From: Schizochytrium sp. TIO01
Taxonomy: Eukaryota > Protista > Bigyra: Labyrinthulomycetes
Direction of reading: 5' to 3'
Length of the DNA: 64,000 nt
Assembly: GCA_004764695.1 (NCBI GenBank)
Contig: SMSO01000014.1
Location: forward strand, 3,467,648-3,531,647
The translations under genes and the position numbers were made by a program. How positions within the stretch are numbered: position 1 is the stretch's first letter; each line of letters opens with the position of its first letter. A model generated the notes under the pieces. That model did not search any database and was not told where the DNA came from. It saw nothing but the letters and a program-made list of their open reading frames with translations. Shown piece by piece: positions 21,643-31,300 of the stretch.

Positions 21643-22616
21643 ATTTAGATATTAATAACCAGATTGTAGTACCTACTTCTATGACTTCCTTTATTTGCTT
21701 TAAAAAACACAAAAATTGTCCTTCCTCCGCTTTCCTCCGCTTTCCTCCTTTTTTTCTTTTCTTTTCTTCCGGTTGATGTTGCTATTGCTGTTCTTGTTCT
21801 TGTTCTTGTTGCAAAAAATGGTGTAATGATCTTCAGATGACTTTATCATTGATACAGTGGCAAAATTTATGTACCGCAGTTGCTTATTCTGATTGAAGCG
21901 GACCAAAAGATGACCTCCGAAACTTTTATAAGATGAAAAGGCAAATTTGCCTCGAATTTTGGTTCCAAAAATAAAAATAAAGGATTCTACAATTCGATCA
22001 ACCCGGGGCTACTCTTTTTATGAGGCGTAGAGGTGTACTTTTCATGATCAGTTATTACAAACTCCACACTCCGCGCGACTCTGACCTAAGACAAACACAA
22101 GGTCGGGACGATTAAGATTTAGAATGTTTAAAGTAAAAAATAATAAATCAATCGGCGTTTCTGTACTTTTAATGGTTCTTACTCACCCCAGTTTTGTGGA
22201 AGGCGTGCTACACACATCCTACTAAACATCAATTCGACCAATCAGTCGGTTGTGCATATAGCGGCCTTCCAGATACGATTCCTTCACTGCGGCCTATAGC
22301 TGAACTAGCTTGTTCGTTTCGAAACCATATTTATGCCCATATATATGTATCCGTTATGTAGTTTCAAAGGAAAAAATGCCCACTAATTTTTGTTATATAA
22401 AGCTGAAGTTGCGACTGTCTTCTAGTTTACACTTCCTTTTAAGTTAATGCTTTCATGATCTCATCAATTCATATAGGTAGATGTAATTGATGTAGAATAA
22501 AATGGGGGAAGCAATATTGGCAACGTGAGCAATCTAATCCCAGGAGAACGGCATTCATCATTTGAGACATGATTGCCGCCGGTGCTATAGATATAACTGT
22601 GAGTAGAACATCATAC

Positions 22617-22647
22617 AAACTAAGCAATCATAGAAACTAAGCAATCA
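22617..22647 (+). repeat. 14-bp direct repeat AAACTAAGCAATCA x2 (3-nt spacer)
   Basis: Copies at 22617-22630 and 22634-22647. Confidence 0.85.
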
Positions 22648-22799
22648 CACAAAGTGAGAGATGGCAACTTTATGGTGACCTTTGTTGCGAGCATAGTTGG
22701 CAAAATATTTGGTTGCACGGTGATTCTGCTTGGTTTTTAGCAATCGCTTTGCAAAGGCGGCCTATGAGGAGGGCTCTAAAACGTGATTCAGAGTAAGCC

Positions 22800-25070
22800 A
22801 TGAGAATAGCATCAGTAGCAAAGATTGCTACTATTGATCAAGAAAAGCGGAGCTCGTCTGTCCTTTTCACAGGAGACGCTCAGGCTTTAAAAAATAGCAC
22901 AGAATCTACAGCGCTAGTAGAAGCAACAGGATCAGCCACAAGGATAGAAACCTCCGGGCAATTTCAGTCGTCAACGCATAATAATGCTAATGAGGCTTCG
23001 AAAGATAATGTGCCGTTTCCTCCTGAAAATAGTCGTGGCAGCTTCAGAACATCTCCAGTGTCTGAAAATGTACAAAGCTCTTTCCGAGGCAGTCCCTTTT
23101 CAACACAGGATAATCAAGATACTGGAGCTCAAGAAAATAGAACCTTCAAGAGAACTCGGGTGATGATGTTAGAGCCAAAGTACCGGGACTTCATTGCGAT
23201 AAACCCAACAGAAAATATTGGAGCAGCTCTGTTTGGAAAGCCATTTGGTAGGAAAATCTATATCATGTCGAGACGTTCGTATATAAGTTGGATCACATTT
23301 GCTGCATGGGCTATGTCGCAATTATTAGCTCTTCTCATGATCACCGAGGTAATCAAGCCTTCTTACTTTCCATTACTTATAGGTGTACCTCATCTTACTC
23401 TTATGCGCTTGGCCCAGCATGTGAAGCTGACAAAGAGACTTTTTCGGAGCTTCGAATATGCCTTTGTTATTTTCATGATATTTTTAATTACTGCTACTCT
23501 TGCCGACGCAACATCTGGGGACAAACGCTGGGCAACTCTGGTACTATTGTTTTTTTCGCTTGAGTTCAGTGTATCGTTAGATTCCTTGTTTCTTCCTGTA
23601 TGGCAGCGTAGATTAGTGACGTACTCCAAATTGATACAGCTCCTCGCAGTTCTGGCTATTATTAAGGAAGACCTGGTGGTAAATTTTAACAATCGTACAG
23701 TGACCTTCGCCATGATACATGGCTTGACTGTTGAACTAAGCTCGAAGCTGACGCTAATTACCTCGCTCTTTAGCTTGATTTTCTTTATTTTAAAGGCCTC
23801 CATTTCTGTTACCCTAGAACCGTCCGCTCTTTATATTCATAAAGCAAGACTTCGCAGTGTCAAATTAGATGAACGAAGCCTTCCCTATCACCTGCCTATT
23901 GGTGTTCGAAGCTTCGAAACTGTACACAAGGTGCATTCAACTCGGGTTGTACCCACAGGAAAGGTTAATTCGCAAAGATTCAAAGTACGTAACACCGTTG
24001 CTTACTTAAAGCCTCCTCATGGTCATGCTTTACACAAATCTGAAATGTGGATCGATCCAAAACTACACGACAGGGTCCAGGCAGGAAAGAAATTGATGGT
24101 TTTGATGGCTCAACCATCTTATTTACACCCGAAGGAGGCGCAGTCATCTGATACCCTCGTGAACGCACTCTTCGGTCAACGTCTTGGGAGGATGGTGTGG
24201 CACGTGGCTCGCGGTTTTTCATTTACAATTGTTACCATGCTTATTTGGACCTTTGGTTCCATATCAATGACGTTTTTGCTTGTCGGAACCTTTCCTTCGA
24301 CTTCGTCTCCTCTTACCTTACTGACTATTCCCTCAGTTGTCACTTCATTACTCCTCTGTAATCCTAAACTACTCTTCGAGGTATTTAGCATGTTTGAAGC
24401 ACTTTATCTGCTTGGACAATTGCTAATTTGGGTACTAGTAATGCGCACAGCCATTGTAGACGAGCGTAGGATCGGCCTTGCCATGACAGCTCTAAATATG
24501 GCATTTGTTGTGGTCATGGATAGCGCCCATGCTGCAAACACTCGTTTTTTTGTACCTGGACTCTTTCTCGTCATTTGCTTTTGTATTGTGTATGTTGTCC
24601 TTCACGTGACCGGGTACATTGCCGAGGCTTGCTCAATATACATGAATAATGCTAATTTTATGACGGGTGTAAATAATCTTGTGTTTGCGGATCTTCGCAT
24701 GCTTTCAATCACAGGATTTATGACCAAAAACTTATTTATGAAACTTAGATATCCTGAGTACAAAGCAATCCTAAAAGCTAAACTCGTGATGCAAGAGCTC
24801 AGTGTCGAAGAATTGAAAAAAGTGTGGGCTGACGCACATGACTATGGTATTACATCGAATGATTATGTGCTTGATAAACTCGTCCAGACGGCAGCTACCA
24901 CTATTCATCATGCACCCCAGATAGCTGTAGCCCAAGAGGCTGGGAGGCTCACACAGCAACTCAACAGAGTAGTCAGTCGGACGCTAAGAACTATAGACGT
25001 TAAAGTAGGCCAAAGTGCTGAGATGGGGGATAAATCCTCACCACAACTTGCTAGCCCTGATTCCAATTAA
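22800..25070 (+). CDS. Multi-pass membrane protein with internal tandem duplication (~2 x 6 TM)
   Basis: 756-aa ORF with a hydrophilic N-terminus and two hydrophobic blocks. The blocks share the motifs ALFG..G R, FE, D.R, DS and P....I.KA.L. Confidence 0.85.
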   Translation: MRIASVAKIATIDQEKRSSSVLFTGDAQALKNSTESTALVEATGSATRIETSGQFQSSTHNNANEASKDNVPFPPENSRGSFRTSPVSENVQSSFRGSPFSTQDNQDTGAQENRTFKRTRVMMLEPKYRDFIAINPTENIGAALFGKPFGRKIYIMSRRSYISWITFAAWAMSQLLALLMITEVIKPSYFPLLIGVPHLTLMRLAQHVKLTKRLFRSFEYAFVIFMIFLITATLADATSGDKRWATLVLLFFSLEFSVSLDSLFLPVWQRRLVTYSKLIQLLAVLAIIKEDLVVNFNNRTVTFAMIHGLTVELSSKLTLITSLFSLIFFILKASISVTLEPSALYIHKARLRSVKLDERSLPYHLPIGVRSFETVHKVHSTRVVPTGKVNSQRFKVRNTVAYLKPPHGHALHKSEMWIDPKLHDRVQAGKKLMVLMAQPSYLHPKEAQSSDTLVNALFGQRLGRMVWHVARGFSFTIVTMLIWTFGSISMTFLLVGTFPSTSSPLTLLTIPSVVTSLLLCNPKLLFEVFSMFEALYLLGQLLIWVLVMRTAIVDERRIGLAMTALNMAFVVVMDSAHAANTRFFVPGLFLVICFCIVYVVLHVTGYIAEACSIYMNNANFMTGVNNLVFADLRMLSITGFMTKNLFMKLRYPEYKAILKAKLVMQELSVEELKKVWADAHDYGITSNDYVLDKLVQTAATTIHHAPQIAVAQEAGRLTQQLNRVVSRTLRTIDVKVGQSAEMGDKSSPQLASPDSN

Positions 25071-25928
25071 GAAATAGCATCAAAGGGAATTATTTTCACT
25101 TCAACATGACGTAATGAACATTCTTCAGATGGAAAAGATGAATAAGTCATTTTTGGACTTCTCGTGTTCCCTGGAGTAAAGGAACCCATGAGGGTAAGAA
25201 TATTAACCAAAACTTTCAAATTGAATTTACTGAATTTCTAAAGATATTATAGTGGTGCCTGCAAATTATGTAAACAAGGCTCGCAGGTTAAAATAAAATA
25301 TTTTCCTGACAGTTGGTGGCCCGGCCTAGCTTTATTTAATTTTAATTTTAGTTTTAAAATAAATAAATCAATATATAAAAAAAGAATGTAATAAAGAGTT
25401 TTCATCCTAGTTATATTTATCTTTAGAAAAGTGCAAGCAAACAGTCACAAATCTTTGCACGTGTTAAAGTTCAGAATATAGTCCTCCCAGTCAATCTTTA
25501 GAAATTCTGCTGATCCCGCCCTTATTCACAAGTCTGGTATTGCTAATCTGCTGTGACTTGAAATTTACTTCAGAAAAAGACCAAGATATCCTTCTCATGC
25601 ATTGTGCATATTATCACTTAACCTAAAGAAGCAATCAATAGAAATCAGGTTTCAAACGAACAAATCTCTTTTTAAAAAATCCTCTTTATAATCACCTACG
25701 ATCTGAACAAGGTTTCATTTTGAATATCATTATTAATACTATTATTATAGTAATTATCATTATAACATTAGGGAGCAAATATATATTCGAAACCTTTCAA
25801 TAATTACAAACCTCAATCTACATCCAGCCACCTAGCAAGGTCTCATCTTGAAGCGGCATCCCATTCAGGACGGCCTTCATTTCTTGGGTTGCTTGCGTCT
25901 TATTTCTTCTTCGTTGATTTGATCCACC

Positions 25929-27971
25929 ATGAAGCCTGCTGGCGAGCGCCTCAGCTCGTTGCGCAAGCTCATGGAGAAACAGCGCCTCGCAGCATACATC
26001 GTTCCTTCGCAGGATGCTCATCTCTCTGAATACGTTGCTGACGTTGACATGCGCCGTGCCTGGCTCAGCGGTTTCACAGGGTCTGCAGGAACTGCCGTAG
26101 TGACTAAAGACAAAGCATTGCTCTGGACTGACGGCAGGTACTATGAGCAGGCCGAACAGCAGCTCTCCGAGGACTGGGAGGTCGTTCGTGCCGCTGATGT
26201 TGGGGCTCCTTCTGTACCAGAGTTTCTCCGTACAGCACTTGCTAATGGTGAGCAGGTTGGTATCAATGGCGATCTTATTTCTGTAGCGATGGCGCTTCGA
26301 TGGGATAGAACTTTGCTTCAACAACAACAACAGCAAAGCTCCTTTTCGCATCAAATGCAACAAACGGGTCCTCTAAAAGACAACGCTTTCGTCGCTGTTG
26401 AGGATATCACTCGAAGGGGATCTCGCGTGAGTGGCAGTGGAGTGCTGCTCACACCTGTGACACAAGATCTCGTAGACGAGGCATGGGGCAACGAACAGCC
26501 GGAAAGAGTTTTCCATAAGGTGAAGGTCCATCCTGTAGAGTTTGCAGGAATCAGTTCAACGTCCAAGATTGCCAGCCTCAGGGAGGAACTCAAGAGCGAA
26601 GGAGCCCACGCGATCGTGTTCACGTCGCTGGATGAAATTGCATGGCTGCTGAACTTGCGTGGAGAAGATATTCTGTATACACCAGTTTTTTTCTCGTATG
26701 TCGTTGTCACTTTGGACAAGGTCATGATCTTTGCAAATGCGGAGGCATTTACTGAGGAGGCGAAAGAGCAACTCAAGGAAGAGCTCTCGTGTGGTGAGAT
26801 ATTCCCGTATGACCAGCTTTGTGCCCAGCTCGAAACGCTTGGCAGTGCTGGAGATGCGGAGCCTAATAAGAAGCGTGCTAGGACCGTGGAAAATGTTGAT
26901 GCTGGACAACAAGTAAATGTGTGGTTGGACCCACAATGCTGCTCGTTGACGATTCAGCGTTGCTGCACAGCAGCAGGGCACAGAATTGTATCCAAATCAA
27001 GTCCTGTGCGTCGGCAGAAGGCCATCAAGAATGAAGTTGAACTCGCTGGTATGCGCCGAGCTCACCTGATCGAAGCAGCTTCTCTTTGTGAGTTCTTTGC
27101 GTGGCTTGAAAAGACAATGACCTCAGGATCAACAAAGCTTGATGAGGTTGAGGTTTCTGATAAACTTGAAGAATTCCGAGGTTCTCAACCCGAATACCGT
27201 GGCCCGTCATTCGACACAATCAGTGCGTACGGTTCCAATGGCGCTATCGTACACTACAAGCCTGAAAAAAAGACTGCTAAACAACTTGGCACTAACTCGC
27301 TGTACCTTTGTGATACGGGTGGTCAATATCTGATGGGTACCACTGATATGACGCGCACAGTGTGCTTTGGTGAACCTTCTAAGATCCAGCGATCTGCTTT
27401 CACGATGGTTCTCGAAGGCCATGTTCGTCTTGCAAAAGCCTGTTTCCCTGATGCTATGGAAGGTGCAAAGCTCGATATTCTTGCTCGTGATATGCTATGG
27501 AGATACGGGCTTAACTATAAGCACGGAACTAGCCACGGAGTTGGTGCTTATCTTGGTGTGCATGAATACCCTCCTCTTATGGGTAGCTCTCTCCCCCCTG
27601 CCCATTTGGGCTCCGGTCCGTCACCAACAGGCATGGCAGCTGGGATGGTTTTGTCTAACGAACCTGGTTACTATCTTTCTGGCGAATTTGGCATTCGCAT
27701 TGAGAATGTGTTGGTTAGCAAAGATGTCACCGCAGAGCTTCCAGATCTGGGCATTCCTCGAGAAAAGGACAAGTGGCTTGGTTTTGAGACAATTACATTT
27801 GTGCCGATTGACCGCAAGCTCATTGATGCTAATCTTCTCTCTAGAGATGCTCTTGAGTGGGTGAATGACTATCATGCCCAGGTGCTCGAGAAAGTGTCTC
27901 CACTCTTGGAGGAGCGCGGTAACGCAGAAGCACTCGCATGGCTTCAGGAAGCCTGCAAACCGATTGGCTAA
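25929..27971 (+). CDS. XPNPEP1: Xaa-Pro aminopeptidase (aminopeptidase P, peptidase M24B)
   Basis: N-terminal YIVPSQDAHLSEY, SGFTGSAG and LWTDGRY. All five metal ligands are present: LCDTGGQY, GTTD, HGTSHG, SNEPGYY and GIRIEN. Confidence 0.95.
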   Translation: MKPAGERLSSLRKLMEKQRLAAYIVPSQDAHLSEYVADVDMRRAWLSGFTGSAGTAVVTKDKALLWTDGRYYEQAEQQLSEDWEVVRAADVGAPSVPEFLRTALANGEQVGINGDLISVAMALRWDRTLLQQQQQQSSFSHQMQQTGPLKDNAFVAVEDITRRGSRVSGSGVLLTPVTQDLVDEAWGNEQPERVFHKVKVHPVEFAGISSTSKIASLREELKSEGAHAIVFTSLDEIAWLLNLRGEDILYTPVFFSYVVVTLDKVMIFANAEAFTEEAKEQLKEELSCGEIFPYDQLCAQLETLGSAGDAEPNKKRARTVENVDAGQQVNVWLDPQCCSLTIQRCCTAAGHRIVSKSSPVRRQKAIKNEVELAGMRRAHLIEAASLCEFFAWLEKTMTSGSTKLDEVEVSDKLEEFRGSQPEYRGPSFDTISAYGSNGAIVHYKPEKKTAKQLGTNSLYLCDTGGQYLMGTTDMTRTVCFGEPSKIQRSAFTMVLEGHVRLAKACFPDAMEGAKLDILARDMLWRYGLNYKHGTSHGVGAYLGVHEYPPLMGSSLPPAHLGSGPSPTGMAAGMVLSNEPGYYLSGEFGIRIENVLVSKDVTAELPDLGIPREKDKWLGFETITFVPIDRKLIDANLLSRDALEWVNDYHAQVLEKVSPLLEERGNAEALAWLQEACKPIG

Positions 27972-28329
27972 ACTTCTGCACAAGCGATTTGCTTTTCAGC
28001 AAAATATGAGAAGGACAATAACGACCAAAGATAGATTTTGTAGACCACTTCTTCTCCTCCTCTAACTTTTCAATCATCAACCAGATTAATGTTCTAAAAA
28101 GAATATTACTCAAGATTGCAGCGGGTTCGTGGTTGGTATTTGAAATATTAGCACAGCTCTAAAGATAATGAAAAGATATAAAAAGAAGATGAACCCTGTT
28201 CTAACGCTGGATATTAAAAAATATTATCATACTTGTTATTATTATTTTGAATTTAGAGAGAGAGAAATTAATAAAGTAATTTTTATTTAATTAAAAAACA
28301 AACCAGAACTTTGATCATACAGATTCTCA

Positions 28330-31300
28330 TTATGAAGATTCTACAATTGGGCTCTTGCTAGTGCGTTTTAAAATTTGGAGAGAACATGCAGATTCGCTTG
28401 CATGCTCCGGTGTGGTAGGGGAGTTTGCGAGAAACCGAGAAAGACAAGGTGTTTCAGACAGTGGTTTAGACCTTTTTGCAGTGGAATCACCCGGTGTGTG
28501 AAATGTGCTAGGCTTGTTGAACACTCCGGCCTTTTTTTTCCAATTCATATTGTTTTCATTTTCGTCACCTAAATCTTCCTCCTGCGACTTGGTTTCCTTA
28601 GAAATTTCGCGACGCGGTGTGATAAAACGAGACTCTTTCAAAGAGTGTGCGAAAGACGGCGATAATATTCTAGGAGATGATGAGTTCTTAAATGACTTTG
28701 ACTTTGGCGTCATTTTCAGCTGAGACTGCTCCATTGAGGATCGTCTAAGCATGCCACTCCCAACAGACTCGCTGCGTTTGAGTGAGCGCTCTCGTTCTGC
28801 TCTTTCCCGAGACTGCTGACGTCGGCGCTTCTCATCAAAATTACGTGCTGTAACACCAAAACTCTTGAGAAAGGTATCTAGGGTTGCAAAGAAGTCCTGA
28901 ACCGAGAGATCGGGCTCTTCACAGAAAAACTCCAGCAGGGCGGCATACTCGGCTCGCATTTGGTCCATGTCAGCCTCTAAACAACTAAGTGAATTCTGAA
29001 CATGGTTTGAAAATGTAAAAAGGTCTTCCAAGCCACTCGTCACCTGACTCTCAGTTTGTTTGGTTGCACGCAAGATAGACTGGTAACCCATATGTAAACC
29101 AGACTCATCCGCCTCAAAAATGGCAAAGGAAAAGCGCTTTGCCCGTCCCAAAATCTCAAGCTCCTTATCAACTTCAAGAACTTCAGGAATACGTTTGACG
29201 GCAAACTGAGCGATGAAATCTAGGATGGTTGTTTTACGGTTGAAGCTTTTGGTTTGCGATAGCTTGAGCAAAGAAGCAACTGTAAAACCCTGAATAGAAG
29301 ACGAACCTTCAGCATTGATCTTGTTGCCCACAAGGAGTACGATTTGGAACACCTTTTGAAGCGACTCAGAGTCTCGCACAGAGGTGCAAGCTTGGCGAAC
29401 AAGGTCAACCTTGCCCTTCAGCTCCAACAAACGTTCATCATATTCCGCTCGAAACAGCATTGCATCAAGGTGAATTTCCGGGCGATGCACTGAGTCCACA
29501 ATCTTGCGGAAGAATTGTTCAGCGTCCCCCAGCTTGGTAAGGTCTCCACGATAGCCACCGATAATTTTGCTCTCCTCTTGGGTTGGGAGCATCTGTGCAC
29601 TCTTAATAATTTGTAGTCTTTCCTGCGTTAACACGGAGGACTTAAAATTATTTAATGCTTCACAAATAGCATCTCCCGAAAGCTTAATTTTCTTCAAGCC
29701 AATTGAAACGTTTTGGCTCCGTTTCATGTCTAAAAGGCTAACACATTTAGGAGCTGCGGCCTTTTTAAGACCTTGCGCTATCTGCTTGGGCGCTTTGTTT
29801 GCGTTGGGATTCTGAGTAAAAAGTTGCTCTAATTCTTTCATGTCGAGGTCTGTCTCGTCACTCATGACGCATGTTGGTGAAAGTCGACCTTCGTTACTTG
29901 ATGCAGACTCAATTGATGCTCGGCGCTCGTTTCTTTCTTTTCGGGCAGAGTTTCGTCGAAACTTTGCAATGTTGCGACTAACTGCCCAAATACTGTCTTG
30001 CTTTAAACGACTTTCAGGGATAGCCTCCCAATGAAACTTTTTCCGTCGAATTCTATCCTTGACAGGCGTTCCGAGCTTTTTACTCTCAGAGCAAGCTCGA
30101 TTTCCAAGACCTATCCAAGTGGGATCGAGATTCTCTAGACGCATTTTAGCTTCCACAGCTCCTGCAGGAACTCCCATCTTGAGCATCTTAGAGAACTTTT
30201 CGTATTCAGGAGGCGGCGCACCGCGGATTTCGTTTCCTCCAGAGTCTGAAGAATTACCCCCAAAGAGAAGAGCAGGATCAACACTGTCTTGCATCATTTT
30301 TGTTCGAACGGCTCCCTCAGGAACTCCAACAGACAACATACGCTTGTACTTCGCTACAATGGATGCCTTGGTGGTAACATCCTCTTCTGTAGGCTCAGCA
30401 ACGACTTCTGCAGCTTTGACTGAGCATGATGTATTCGCTTGTGAAGTCTGACAACGCTTAGTGAGCATTCCTAACAGATTCTCCTGTGGAGTAGCCTTCT
30501 GGAGTACTTCCTTTGCCTTTGGGTTATGATTGTTTTGGTCTTGCTCAATGCTCGGATTCTGACAAACCGTGTCCATGAGAGGTCCTCCGTGATTTTCTTT
30601 TGATACAGAGTCTTGGTTTGGTACACTATCACTTCCCTGTCGTTTGGCAATCATGTTCATCAAGGCTTTCCTAGGGTCTTCTCGCTGAATATTATGAACT
30701 TTGTTAGAAATCGAAATGTCTCCACCTTGACGATTTGCAATCATTCGCATTAATGTTTCACGAGGGTTCAGATGTTCATTGATCTTGGGGGCAGTCTTGC
30801 TGGCAGAAGTTCCTTGAAAGGGGGGTTGCTTCAGTTTGTTTGATATTGGGATTTCAGTGGAGTGGTGCTGAGTTGATGAGGGGGAGTTACACGAGCTTGA
30901 TTTATCAAGCTTCGAAAACTTCTCTAGTAAAGTTTGGCGTGGATCGTCCTGGATGACCATCTCACCTTTGCTAGAGCCTGGTTCGCTATTCTTTCGCAGT
31001 GTTGGATATCGCTTCTCGAGAAAAGATCCCAGAGTCAACGGCGAGCTTGCCGAATCTTCCTCTCGCGAATCGTCTATATCTTCACAACTCAGAGTTTCTG
31101 GGCCAATTTCTGTCTCATTCAGGCTAGACTGTATACTCATACTACACGGTAGAGCTTCTTTTATATGATTTCGCATGATTAGCTTGTCAACAGCGCTGGT
31201 ATTATCACTTTCTTCTTGGTTTACGTGTCGAGTTGGAAACCCATCCAATGATGCATTGTCCGAGACCTTGATTTCATTTGTTGTGTCGACATAAATTTGC

